Of a stretch of DNA of 64,000 nt, positions 10,698 to 20,413 are shown in pieces. Origin of the DNA: an uncultured Acidimicrobiaceae bacterium (GTDB lineage: Bacteria; Actinomycetota; Acidimicrobiia; Acidimicrobiales; Bog-793). The notes below the pieces were generated by a model that had not been told where the DNA came from, searched no databases, and saw only the letters and a program-made list of their open reading frames with translations. The DNA is taken from the NCBI GenBank assembly GCA_963849105.1, contig CAWKGD010000003.1:513428-577427 (forward strand), in the 5' to 3' direction. How positions within the stretch are numbered: position 1 is the first letter of the stretch; each line of letters starts with the position of its first letter. The translations under genes were made by a program, and so were the position numbers.

Positions 10698-11597
10698 GTG
10701 AGTGTTGTGACAGGGGCCCGCGCGAAGAGCGCGGGCCCCCTCGCGAGGCGGCACCGTTATCTGTCGGCGATCGGAGTCGTGCCGTTCCTCGCCTACGTCG
10801 CCTTCTTCCTCATCATTCCTGCCGGCTCAGTGATGGTGGAAGCGTTTCGCGACAACAACGGCGGCCTCTCGTTTTCGAATCTCTCACAGGTGTTGTCGTC
10901 CAAACAGCCGTGGTTGCACTCCTACGCGCTCAGCTTGGAACTCTCGGCGGCATCGGCGGCACTGGCCGGGGTGCTCGGTCTTTTGGGAACCGTGGCGCTC
11001 GTGAGCTCACCCAACCAGATCGTGCGGAGGCTGGTGACAACCGCGTGTGGGGTGCTTGCGAATACGGGTGGCGTGCCGTTGGCCTTCGCCTTCATCGCCA
11101 CGATCGGCAATGCGGGGATCGCGACCCACGTGCTCGGGGAGCTCGGTTTCAACCCCTACGACCACGGCTTCACGCTGTACTCCTTCAGCGGCCTCGTGAT
11201 CGTCTACCTCTACTTCCTTCTGCCCTTGGTCATCCTGCTCATGCTGCCGCCGGTTGAGGCGTTGCGCCGCGAATGGCGCGAGGCGGCAGCGACGCTCGGT
11301 GCGAGCCCACGGAAGTACTGGCAGAAAGTGGGCATTCCCGTGCTCTCCCCGCCGTTCATCGCCACGCTGATGGTGCTGTTCATGGACGCGTTCGCCGCCT
11401 ACGCGACCGCCGAAGCCTTGACGACCGGATCGGTTCCGCTGGTGCCGATCGAGATCGGCGCGTTGCTCGCCGGCAACGTCGTCACGAATCAAGCGAATCT
11501 CGGCGACGCGCTCGGCTTCGGCATGATTGTGATAGTCGCGGCGGCCGGGACGCTGTACGTCTTCGTGCAGCGCCGCACCTCGCGGTGGCTTCGGTGA
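10698..11597 (+). CDS. ABC transporter permease
   Basis: Six-TM profile with an EAA-loop-like region REWREAAATLGASPRKYW. Confidence 0.8.
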   Translation: MSVVTGARAKSAGPLARRHRYLSAIGVVPFLAYVAFFLIIPAGSVMVEAFRDNNGGLSFSNLSQVLSSKQPWLHSYALSLELSAASAALAGVLGLLGTVALVSSPNQIVRRLVTTACGVLANTGGVPLAFAFIATIGNAGIATHVLGELGFNPYDHGFTLYSFSGLVIVYLYFLLPLVILLMLPPVEALRREWREAAATLGASPRKYWQKVGIPVLSPPFIATLMVLFMDAFAAYATAEALTTGSVPLVPIEIGALLAGNVVTNQANLGDALGFGMIVIVAAAGTLYVFVQRRTSRWLR

Positions 11598-12445
11598 AGA
11601 CAGGGCGCACCTTCCGCTGGGTCGTCCTCGCACTGCTGGGACTGTTTGTGATCGCGCCCATGGCCGCCTCGGTCCAGTTCTCCTTGGAAGCCGGCTACCA
11701 AGGGCATCTCTCGCTGACCGCCTACCGCCAGGCGCTCGCGGAGCCGGGTCTCGGCTCGAGCCTCCTCACTTCGATCAAAGTCGCCTTCGGGGCGATGGCG
11801 ATCACCCTGGCGCTCCTCGTACCGACGGTGATCTTCGTCAACCTGCGTTTTCCGCGCTGGCGAGCGGTGCTCGACGCGGTCAGCCTGCTTCCCCTCGGCG
11901 TCCCCGCGGTGGTGATCGTGCTCGGCGTGCTCGGCGCCTACCGGAACCTTCCGCAGTTCATCACCGGCACGCCGCTGATTCTCGCCCTCGTCTACGTCGT
12001 GCTCGCGATGCCCTACACCTATCGGGCGATCGACGCCGGCGTCCGGGCGATCGACCTCCATACGCTCGTCGACGCCGGGCGCTCCATGGGCGCCGGATGG
12101 GGGAAGCTCTTTGCCAGGGTCCTCCTGCCGAATCTGCGATCCGGAATCCTCGCCGCGGCATTCCTCACCGTGGCGTTGTCGCTTGGCGAGTTCGCCATCG
12201 CCAGCATCATGGGCTTTTCCACCTTCCCCGTCTGGCTGGTCTCGGTGGAAGGCAACAATCCCTACGTCGCCGTCGCGCTCTCGATCACGGCGCTGTTGGT
12301 CACTTGGGTCCTGCTCGTCGTCCTCGCGTTCGCCGGCGCGGGAAGGCGGCGGCCCAGTGGTGGTCGATTCGGCGTCGAACTCGTCGATGAGGTCGAAGCG
12401 GCAGACCTGGCGGTGGCGCTTCCCGCTGCCGAGGTGGCCACATGA
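11594..12445 (+). CDS. ABC transporter permease
   Basis: GTG 11594 forms a GTGA overlap with the upstream stop. EAA-loop-like HTLVDAGRSMGAGWGKLF is present. The 5' part of the tracked ORF overlaps the previous permease and was discarded. Confidence 0.8.
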   Translation: MKTGRTFRWVVLALLGLFVIAPMAASVQFSLEAGYQGHLSLTAYRQALAEPGLGSSLLTSIKVAFGAMAITLALLVPTVIFVNLRFPRWRAVLDAVSLLPLGVPAVVIVLGVLGAYRNLPQFITGTPLILALVYVVLAMPYTYRAIDAGVRAIDLHTLVDAGRSMGAGWGKLFARVLLPNLRSGILAAAFLTVALSLGEFAIASIMGFSTFPVWLVSVEGNNPYVAVALSITALLVTWVLLVVLAFAGAGRRRPSGGRFGVELVDEVEAADLAVALPAAEVAT

Positions 12446-13575
12446 GCGCCGAGCGCGACGTGGGTGTGACGGCCCTGACTGCAGTCGCGGAGCCGAACAT
12501 CAGCAGACCGGCGCACGGAGGCGTCGTCGTCGAGCTCGTCAACTGCCGTCGCTCGTACGGCAAGGTGCACGCGCTCGACGGATTCTCGATCACGATCGCC
12601 CCTGGCGAGCTCGTCGCGCTCCTCGGCCCCTCAGGGTGTGGCAAGACCACCGCCCTTCGGGCGGTGGCCGGTCTCGAACAGCTCGACGAGGGTCGGGTGT
12701 TGGTGGGCGGTGACGACATCACCGACACGCCGCCCCACCGTCGCAATCTCGGGATGGTTTTCCAGGCCTACAGCCTCTTCCCGAACATGAACGCGTTGGA
12801 GAACGTGGGCTTCGGCCTCGAAGTCCGCCGGATCACCTCAGCCGAACGGCGCAAGCGCGCCGGTGCGATGCTCGAGCTCGTCGGTCTGGACAATCTTGCG
12901 GAGCGTTATCCGCACGAGCTGTCGGGCGGGCAACAGCAACGGGTTGCGCTCGCTCGGGCGCTGTGCGTCGAGCCGCGCCTTTTGTTGCTCGACGAGCCGC
13001 TTTCCGCGCTCGACGCCAAGGTCAGGGCGCAGCTGCGCGACGAGATACGACGGATTCAGCTCGAGGTCGGGATCACGACGCTGTTCGTGACCCACGACCA
13101 AGAAGAGGCGCTGTCGATCGCCGATCGCGTCGGGGTGATGCGCTCCGGCCATCTCGAGCAACTCGGCTCGCCAGCGGGGGTGTACTCGAATCCCGCGACG
13201 AACTTCGTTGCCGAGTTCGTCGGATCCGTCAGCCGACTGCCGGGCAAAGTCGAGGCCCCGGGCACCGTTGCTGTTCTCGGTTCGCGTCTGACGATCCCCG
13301 CGGGTGCGGCCCACGATCTGCCGGCGGGCAGCGATGTCGACGTATTGGTGAGACCGGAAAGCGTCACGCTGTGCCCGGCACCAGACGGTCAGGCGATCGT
13401 CGCGCGCGCCGCGTTTCTGGGGGCTGTGATTCGCGTCGTCGCCACCTTGCCGAACGGAGTCGAGGTGACTTCGACGTTGCCGGCGAGCGAGGCGTACACG
13501 TTTCCAGCCGGTGCGCGTGTCGACGTCGAACTCAGAGGTGACGTTCTTTTCGTCGTCGACCGCAAGAGAGGGTGA
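12442..13575 (+). CDS. ABC transporter ATP-binding protein (PotA/FbpC-like)
   Basis: Walker A GPSGCGKTT, signature LSGGQQQRVALARAL and Walker B LLLLDEPLSALD. ATGA overlap with the upstream gene. Confidence 0.9.
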   Translation: MSAERDVGVTALTAVAEPNISRPAHGGVVVELVNCRRSYGKVHALDGFSITIAPGELVALLGPSGCGKTTALRAVAGLEQLDEGRVLVGGDDITDTPPHRRNLGMVFQAYSLFPNMNALENVGFGLEVRRITSAERRKRAGAMLELVGLDNLAERYPHELSGGQQQRVALARALCVEPRLLLLDEPLSALDAKVRAQLRDEIRRIQLEVGITTLFVTHDQEEALSIADRVGVMRSGHLEQLGSPAGVYSNPATNFVAEFVGSVSRLPGKVEAPGTVAVLGSRLTIPAGAAHDLPAGSDVDVLVRPESVTLCPAPDGQAIVARAAFLGAVIRVVATLPNGVEVTSTLPASEAYTFPAGARVDVELRGDVLFVVDRKRG

Positions 13576-15308
13576 TCCGCTCGGGGGAGGAAGTTCTCGC
13601 CGCGAATCTCTCGCCCGCGAGGCGCGATGACGACCTCGCGGCGATGGCGACCGACGAGGTCGACATCATTGTTGTCGGCGGCGGGATCACTGGTGCCGGT
13701 GCGGCGCTCGACGCGGCGAGCCGCGGGCTTTCGGTCGGGCTGGTCGAGGCACGGGACTGGGCGGCGGGCACGTCGAGCCGATCGAGCAAGCTCATCCACG
13801 GCGGACTCCGCTACCTCGAGCATCTGCATTTCGGGCTGGTGCGCGAGGCACTACGTGAGCGTGCGCTGCTCGTCGAACGGCTCGCCCCACACCTCGTCCA
13901 CCCGGTGCCGTTCCTGTTTCCCCTGCGCCATCGGGGCTTCGACCGCGCCTACGTCGGTTCGGGACTCGTCTTTTATGACCTGATGGCGGGGAGCTGGCGA
14001 GACGGCCGGACGCGGGCGATCCCGCGGCACCGTCACTTGAGTCGGCGACAGACGCTCACGATCGCTCCGGCGATCCGATCACGGGGACTGCGCGGAGGCT
14101 TTCGGTACTTCGACGCGCAAGTCGACGACGCCCGCTACACGCTGGAGGTCGTTCGCACCGCGGCTTCCTTCGGTGCGAAGGTCGCGAATCAGGCGAAAGT
14201 CGTCGGGTTTCTTCGCCACGGTGAGCGCGTTCGCGGGGTTGTCGTTCGCGACGAGGAGACCGGCAACGAGTTCGAGGTAAAAGCCCGTCAGGTGATCTGT
14301 GCTGGAGGGGTGTGGACCGCGGAATTGCAGTCCTTGGCCGGCGCGGCGAGCGGGCTCGAGGTGAGGATGTCGAAAGGTGTCCACCTCGTGCTGCTGAGGG
14401 AGTCACTGACGCTCGAGACCGGGCTGATCGTGCGCGCGGAAAAGAGCGTGCTGTTGGTGATCCCGTGGGGTCGTCATTGGTTAATTGGCACCACCGACAC
14501 CGATTGGTCCCTCAGCCGGGACGACCCGGCCGTGAACAGCGGCGATATCGCCTATCTGTTGGACCACCTCAACGCGCAACTCTCCGTCGAAGTCTCACAG
14601 GACGAAGTGGTGGCCGCCTACGCCGGGTTGCGACCGCTGTTGCAGGGCAGGGCCGCTTCGACCGCAGGGTTGAGCAGAGAGCATGAGGTGGCACAGCCCC
14701 TGCCCGGACTGACCGTCGTGGCCGGCGGGAAATTCACGACGTATCGCGTCATGGCTGTGGACGCCGTCGATGCGGCGCTGTCCGATCTCGGCGGGCGATT
14801 CGCGAGCACGCGCACCTCCGACCTCCCTCTCGTCGGCGCGTACGGCTACGCCGACGTGCTCGCACGGCGAGACGAGCTCGCCCGACGTGGGCGCATTCCA
14901 CCTGAGGTGATGCGGCACCTGCTCTCGCGTTACGGGGGGCTGGTCGACGACGTGGTCGCGCTCGTCAGCGAGGGCGCGGCACCCGCTGCGCCGGTCCCGG
15001 GCGCAGGCGAATACCTCCTCGCTGAGGTCCGTTACGCCGCGTCCCACGAGGGCGCCCGCCACATCGAAGATGTTGTGGAGCGACGGACGCGCATCGCGGT
15101 CGAGTACCCGGACGCCGGAACGGCCGCGGCCGGGGCGGTTGGCGCGGTGATGGGAGAAGTGCTCGGTTGGAACGCCGCGAGGCTCGAGGAAGAAGTCGCC
15201 CGCTACCAGCGGCGGGTCGCTGCGGCGACCGCCGCCCAGTCCAAACCCGATGATGCCTCGGCCGACGCGGAGATGCTCGGTGTGCGGGCCGGCTATGACC
15301 TCGACTGA
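13572..15308 (+). CDS. glpD: FAD-dependent glycerol-3-phosphate dehydrogenase
   Basis: VDIIVVGGGITGAGAALDAASRGL...GTSSRSSKLIHGGLRYLE is the canonical GlpD N-terminus. The start may instead be the internal ATG near 13644. Confidence 0.85.
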   Translation: MIRSGEEVLAANLSPARRDDDLAAMATDEVDIIVVGGGITGAGAALDAASRGLSVGLVEARDWAAGTSSRSSKLIHGGLRYLEHLHFGLVREALRERALLVERLAPHLVHPVPFLFPLRHRGFDRAYVGSGLVFYDLMAGSWRDGRTRAIPRHRHLSRRQTLTIAPAIRSRGLRGGFRYFDAQVDDARYTLEVVRTAASFGAKVANQAKVVGFLRHGERVRGVVVRDEETGNEFEVKARQVICAGGVWTAELQSLAGAASGLEVRMSKGVHLVLLRESLTLETGLIVRAEKSVLLVIPWGRHWLIGTTDTDWSLSRDDPAVNSGDIAYLLDHLNAQLSVEVSQDEVVAAYAGLRPLLQGRAASTAGLSREHEVAQPLPGLTVVAGGKFTTYRVMAVDAVDAALSDLGGRFASTRTSDLPLVGAYGYADVLARRDELARRGRIPPEVMRHLLSRYGGLVDDVVALVSEGAAPAAPVPGAGEYLLAEVRYAASHEGARHIEDVVERRTRIAVEYPDAGTAAAGAVGAVMGEVLGWNAARLEEEVARYQRRVAAATAAQSKPDDASADAEMLGVRAGYDLD

Positions 15309-16980
15309 ACCAAAACCGTCGCCGGCACTCCCCATCGTGTCGTCAAGCGAAGGAGGTGCCCGGACGACCCTCGAGCGGGTCATCGCGGCTGGGACGATTC
15401 GCCGCCGGGGTCGGCGAGGCGCCTACCGGCGGTTGGCGTACGGACCTGGCGAACCTCGTCTCGTACGGCGCGCGAATGCGGCACCGAGGGCCCTCGGGCC
15501 AGGGGCGAACAGCCTCGTGCGGCTCGTTCATTTCACCGACTTCCAGCTCGCCGATGTCCAATCTCCAGGCCGCTTCGAGTTCTTCCAGGAGGTCTACGGC
15601 CGGCCGGGCGCGAGCGCCTTCGTTCCCGCACAGCGCCCGCAAGAGGCGCTCGCCTTGCACGCCTGCGAAGTGATGGCGCGCACGATCCGCCGCCTCGGCG
15701 AAAGCCCCGACACGGGCGCAGCGCTCTCGCTCGCGCTGTGCACGGGCGACAACATCGACAACGCGCAAGCGAACGAGCTCGCGATGTTCATCAACCTGTT
15801 GAGCGGTGGTGTGGTTGCGCCGAACTCGGGCGGGCGAACCTACCAAGGGGAGCAGGCACACAGCTGGCGAAACCCCCTGTATTGGCATCCCGACGTCGGC
15901 AACGACGACTTCAAAGCCGAGTGGGGTTTCCCCGAGCACCCCGGGCTGCTAAAGGAAGCGATGGCGCGCTTTCGCGCGACCGGGGTGGGCGTGCCGTGGC
16001 TCTCTTGCTTCGGAAACCACGACGGGCTCGTCCTTGGAACCGCCATCCCGACCGCGCCGTACCGGAACGTGGTCGTTGGCGGACGGAAGGCGGTCGGACT
16101 GCCTCCTGGGCCGGACCTCCTCGACCGGGAGGCAGAGCTTCTGTCGCACCCCGAGCACTTCCTCACCGGACCGGCTCGGCGGGTGACCCCTGATCCTGAT
16201 CGTCGCATCGTCGGGAGGGCCGAGTTCGTCGCCGCGCACCTCGGCGCGCCCGGGTTCCCGCGGGGGCACGGCTTCAGCGAGGCGAACCTCAGAGACGCGA
16301 CCGCGTACGCTACCTATGACGACATCGACCTCGTCCGGATCGTGCTGCTCGACACCGCCAATCTCGACGGTTACCACCACGGCAGCATCGGTCGCCGCCA
16401 GATGCGCTGGCTGGAAGAGCGTCTGGTCGAGGTGCACTCGCGCTTTCGAACCGCCGACGGACAGCTCGTGGAGACCTCAAACGCCGATCGTCTCGTCGTG
16501 TTGGCTTCACACCACGGTTTGGCGACGCTCAGCAACGCTCGCCAGGACCCCGGCGGGGCCGAAGATGATCAACCGCGCGCGACGACCGACGAAGTGCGCG
16601 CGCTCCTGCACCGTTTCGGCAACGTCGTCTTGTGGTTGAACGGTCACCGACATCTGAATCAGGTCGTCCACTGGCCGAGCCCATACGAGCCGACGGTAGC
16701 GCTTTGGGAGATCTCGACCGCTGCGATGGCCGACTGGCCGTGCCAGGCGCGGGTGGTCGAACTCGTAGCCGGAAGAAATGGATCGCTCTCCATCCTCTCG
16801 ACGATGCTCGACCATGAGGCGGCTCCTGAACCCGAGCAAACAGACGGCGTCGCGCGCCTGGCCTCCTTGCATCGGGAGCTCGCAGCGAATGTTCCGGGGG
16901 CTGGCCTCGATGCCCACCGAGAGGGCGCGCCAGAGGATCGCAACGTCGAACTCGTCATGGCGTTGCCGTTCAAACTCTGA
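15295..16980 (+). CDS. Metallophosphoesterase (TIGR03767-like family)
   Basis: LVHFTDFQLADVQSP..., CTGDNIDNAQANE and GNHD metallophosphatase motifs. The ATG at 15295 overlaps the glpD stop. Confidence 0.7.
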   Translation: MTSTEPKPSPALPIVSSSEGGARTTLERVIAAGTIRRRGRRGAYRRLAYGPGEPRLVRRANAAPRALGPGANSLVRLVHFTDFQLADVQSPGRFEFFQEVYGRPGASAFVPAQRPQEALALHACEVMARTIRRLGESPDTGAALSLALCTGDNIDNAQANELAMFINLLSGGVVAPNSGGRTYQGEQAHSWRNPLYWHPDVGNDDFKAEWGFPEHPGLLKEAMARFRATGVGVPWLSCFGNHDGLVLGTAIPTAPYRNVVVGGRKAVGLPPGPDLLDREAELLSHPEHFLTGPARRVTPDPDRRIVGRAEFVAAHLGAPGFPRGHGFSEANLRDATAYATYDDIDLVRIVLLDTANLDGYHHGSIGRRQMRWLEERLVEVHSRFRTADGQLVETSNADRLVVLASHHGLATLSNARQDPGGAEDDQPRATTDEVRALLHRFGNVVLWLNGHRHLNQVVHWPSPYEPTVALWEISTAAMADWPCQARVVELVAGRNGSLSILSTMLDHEAAPEPEQTDGVARLASLHRELAANVPGAGLDAHREGAPEDRNVELVMALPFKL

Positions 16981-17028
16981 CCGCACCCGAAGACGAGAGG
17001 GTTGAAGTCGCGCGTCGCTCGTACGACG

Positions 17029-17871
17029 TCAGGAACCCTGCTCAGGCAGCAGCCCCCGACGCCAGGCTTCGGTCTTGTCGACTTGGTTGAAGGTGAAGAC
17101 GTGCAAACCGGTGATGCGCGACGACGGGTCGGCGAACATCGGCCCGAGCCGACCGAGGAACCGCGACGGGTCGTACGCGCCCGGGGTGAAGAATCGGGCG
17201 AACCACTGGCTGTGCTGGCGCAGCATCCGCGTCGCAGAAGCCGTTCCGACCTGTGCCGCGACGGACAGGAGCTTTGCGCGATCGACAGGCCCCGCGAGTC
17301 CCATGACGATCGGAAGGTCGACCCCCCGTTCGCGCACTCGCCGAACCCATTTGCGGTAGACGCCGGTATCGAAGCAGAGGTTGCTGACGATGTAGTTCGC
17401 ATAGCGGCGCTTGTCCCACATCGCCTGGATCGTCACGTCGTCGTGGATCTTTGGATGGCTCTCCGGATAGCCGGTGATTCCGACGCGCGCGAAGGGACTG
17501 CCGAGTGCGTCGAGTTCCGCGAGGACGCCGAGCGAGCCGTCGAATTTGCCCATTGGCGGATCCGCGTCGCCGGCGGGTACGAAGACGTCATCGACGCCGA
17601 TCACCACGAGACGGTCGACGACCTCTTTCAGATGTGACTCGTCGACGACGAGGCGCGCCGACAGATGCGGGACGACGCGATAGCCGCGGGCGACGAGCCG
17701 CTCGGTGAGGTCGATCGTCGCCTCAAGACCGCGTGACGACGACGCTGTGACGGTGAGCACTCGGCTCGTCGGCAGCTCGTGCGCGATCTTTTCTTCGATC
17801 GTGCGTGTCGGGATCACTTCAAAGCGGGCGCTCTCGATCAGCCCTCGTAGCGAGTCGAGCTTGCGCGTCAT
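17029..17871 (-). CDS. metF: 5,10-methylenetetrahydrofolate reductase
   Basis: FEVIPTRT..., VTASSSRG..., ITGYPESHP... and SNLCFD are MTHFR motifs. Length is 280 aa. Confidence 0.85.
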   Translation of the reverse strand: MTRKLDSLRGLIESARFEVIPTRTIEEKIAHELPTSRVLTVTASSSRGLEATIDLTERLVARGYRVVPHLSARLVVDESHLKEVVDRLVVIGVDDVFVPAGDADPPMGKFDGSLGVLAELDALGSPFARVGITGYPESHPKIHDDVTIQAMWDKRRYANYIVSNLCFDTGVYRKWVRRVRERGVDLPIVMGLAGPVDRAKLLSVAAQVGTASATRMLRQHSQWFARFFTPGAYDPSRFLGRLGPMFADPSSRITGLHVFTFNQVDKTEAWRRGLLPEQGS

Positions 17872-17873
17872 GC

Positions 17874-18530
17874 TCAGGCCGCTCTCTTGATGAGCGCCAA
17901 CAAGGCTCGCTCGAGTCGGTTCTCACCGACATCGACGATCTCGAGCGGCAACCCGAGCGCCGTCGCGGCGTCGATTGCACGGCGTTCGAGCTCGTCACCG
18001 CGCCGTTCCGCGAGCCAGACGACGCGGCGGTAGTTGCCGAAATAGTCGTCGCGCAGCTCCGGGTGGCGATCGAGTCCGAGCCCCCTCCAGACCGTCGAGT
18101 GGAAGCTCATCACGAGGAAGTCCGTGAGCACATACGTCCCAGCCTCCTGCACGAACAGTCGTTCCATCGTCGAACGCCCAGCGAGAACGTCGTAGCACGT
18201 CTCTCCGGGAAGTCGTTCAAGTCCGAGGGATCGGCAGACGTCGTCGAGGGCGCCGTAGGTGCCGCAGTCGGCGTAGGCAAGCGCCACGGCGCGATGGCGC
18301 GCTTTCAGCGCCAGCGCGAGTGCCGTAACGGCGTCGGCGATGCGTTCCGGACGATTGTGAAGCGCGGCGGGCAGCGGGTAGACGTCGACCGGCCAGGCGC
18401 GTCGGGCCGCGATCGATCGCACGCGACCGGCGAGGGCGCCGCAGGCGATCACCCCGGTCCGCTCGCGGGCACGGGAGTTCCGAACGACGGGTTCAGGAAG
18501 GGAACGAGAGTTGCTCGACGAACCGGTCAT
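17874..18530 (-). CDS. DUF1638-like protein (start uncertain: 18530 or GTG 18452)
   Basis: The pattern VIACGAL...YADCGTYGALD...PGETCYDVL...TDFLV matches my recollection of DUF1638, a family that co-occurs with corrinoid methyltransferase systems. Confidence 0.6.
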   Translation of the reverse strand: MTGSSSNSRSLPEPVVRNSRARERTGVIACGALAGRVRSIAARRAWPVDVYPLPAALHNRPERIADAVTALALALKARHRAVALAYADCGTYGALDDVCRSLGLERLPGETCYDVLAGRSTMERLFVQEAGTYVLTDFLVMSFHSTVWRGLGLDRHPELRDDYFGNYRRVVWLAERRGDELERRAIDAATALGLPLEIVDVGENRLERALLALIKRAA

Positions 18531-20409
18531 TGAAATCGGCGCGGTCGGAAAGTTCGACGTATTCCACCTCCTCGATCAGTGCGACGGCTCCGGCGCGTTC
18601 ACGGACCGAAAGGAGTGCCATCTTTGCTCCCTCGCCGGCGACGTTGCCAGCACTGACGACGCGCAGCGTCGAGATCGAAGGCACGAGGCCGATCCGTACG
18701 GCGCTCGCCGGCGACAGATACGAGCCGAAAGATCCGGCGAGGAGGACCTGCTGGACGTCGGCGGTGGAGAACCCCGCCGTCGAGAGCAGAAGGCTCCATC
18801 CGGTCGCGATGGCGGCCTTCGCGAACTGCAGTTCGCGTACATCGCGCTGGGAGAGAAAGACGCGTGCCCCGCCATTTTGCGATTCCTCGGAGAGCACGAA
18901 GACACGCTCGTCGCCGATCATCGACAGACGTTCGGCGATCTGTGGCGCGACGGTGCGCGCTGCCTCTTCGGCGATGAAGCGTCCGGAGTTGTCGAGCAGG
19001 CCGACATTTAATAGTTCGGCGACCGCGTCGACGAGGCCGGATCCGCACAGGCCGAGCGGCGCGGTGTCACCGATGACGCGGACGTCGACACCTTCGGGAC
19101 TGATCGAGACGCCCTCGATCGCGCCCGCCTCGGCGCGCATGCCGCAACGGATAGCGGCGCCCTCGAACGCCGGTCCGGCAGGAGCCGCCGTGCCGATCAG
19201 ACGGTCGCGGTTGCCGAGCACGATCTCGCAGTTCGTCCCGACGTCGATGAACAGCCGCATCCGCTGGTCTCGGTCCATCCCGGAGGCGAGAAGCCCGGCG
19301 ATGATGTCACCACCGACGTAGGCGCCGAGGGAAGGGAACACGACCGCCCGCGCCCGTGGGTGTACCGGCACACCCAAGTCCGACGCGAGGATCTCGGGAA
19401 ATGCACGCGTCGAGAGGATGAACGGTGCCACGCCGAGCGGCTCGGGATCGACGCCCAAGATGATGTGGGTCATCGTCGCGTTGCCAGCGAGGGCGACTTC
19501 GTAGACGTTCTTCGGGTCGACGCCCGCCTCTTCGCAGACCTCGCCCGCCAGCGCGGCAAGGGTCTCGTGCGCGAGCGATCGGAGTCTTTCGAGCGCGTCG
19601 GTTCCGGTCATGACCGCGCTGATCCGGGTGATGACATCGGCGCCGAACGGCTGTTGGCGATTGAGTGCCGAGCGCGCCGCGGCGGGGGTACCGGTCGACA
19701 GGTCGAGCAAGGTGGCGACGACGGTCGTAGTGCCGAGGTCGAAGGCGAGACCGTACATCGCGGCGGTCGTGTCGCCGGGTTCGATGTCGATCAACACATC
19801 GTCGACGACGACCGCCGTGACCTTGCTGTCGTTCGAACGAAGAGCACGGCCGATAGACCGCAACGCCTGCAGGTCAACGCGCAATTCGAGGTCGTCGAGT
19901 TCTCGCAGCAGCCGTTCGATATCCGGTGTCTGGTCGGACAGCGACGGTTCGGAGAGTTCGACGTAGCGCTTTTGCACGGCGGGGCGGAGGATCACCTGGC
20001 GTCCGACGCCGACCGTCGCCGCCTTCGGTCGCGTCGTCAGCGGCGGCACTTCGATGTCGACGTCGAACATCGCCTGCGTGCGGCAGGCGAGCCGCCATCC
20101 GGCGGCGAGCTCATCAGCGTTGAAGGCGCGCAAGTCGAGCGACGTCGGCAGCGCCGCGGTGCCGATGACGCGCACCTTGCACTTCTTGCAGGTGCCGTGA
20201 CCGCCGCAGGTCGAGTCGATCGCGATCCCGTTCCAGCTCGCGGCGTCGAACACCGCGACACCGGCGGGCACGTGAACGTCGCGGCCGCTCGGTGCGAACC
20301 GGATGCGCACTCGTCCGCGCGGAGTGTCGTCGGTGTGCCGTTCTGACGCCATCTCCGTCGCGTCGCTCTGGTCGCCCTCGCTCCGCGCCGCCGCGGCGCG
20401 ACCGGACAT
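18493..20409 (-). CDS. Corrinoid reductive activator (RACo/ASKHA-domain protein with N-terminal 2Fe-2S ferredoxin)
   Basis: Plant-type ferredoxin cysteines CGGHGTCKKCKV...C, followed by a long ASKHA/DUF4445-like body (DVGTNCEIVLG, LAGSFGSYL). ATG 20409 was chosen because it lies just downstream of the upstream gene's stop. Confidence 0.8.
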   Translation of the reverse strand: MSGRAAAARSEGDQSDATEMASERHTDDTPRGRVRIRFAPSGRDVHVPAGVAVFDAASWNGIAIDSTCGGHGTCKKCKVRVIGTAALPTSLDLRAFNADELAAGWRLACRTQAMFDVDIEVPPLTTRPKAATVGVGRQVILRPAVQKRYVELSEPSLSDQTPDIERLLRELDDLELRVDLQALRSIGRALRSNDSKVTAVVVDDVLIDIEPGDTTAAMYGLAFDLGTTTVVATLLDLSTGTPAAARSALNRQQPFGADVITRISAVMTGTDALERLRSLAHETLAALAGEVCEEAGVDPKNVYEVALAGNATMTHIILGVDPEPLGVAPFILSTRAFPEILASDLGVPVHPRARAVVFPSLGAYVGGDIIAGLLASGMDRDQRMRLFIDVGTNCEIVLGNRDRLIGTAAPAGPAFEGAAIRCGMRAEAGAIEGVSISPEGVDVRVIGDTAPLGLCGSGLVDAVAELLNVGLLDNSGRFIAEEAARTVAPQIAERLSMIGDERVFVLSEESQNGGARVFLSQRDVRELQFAKAAIATGWSLLLSTAGFSTADVQQVLLAGSFGSYLSPASAVRIGLVPSISTLRVVSAGNVAGEGAKMALLSVRERAGAVALIEEVEYVELSDRADFNDRFVEQLSFPS

Positions 20410-20413
20410 CAGC

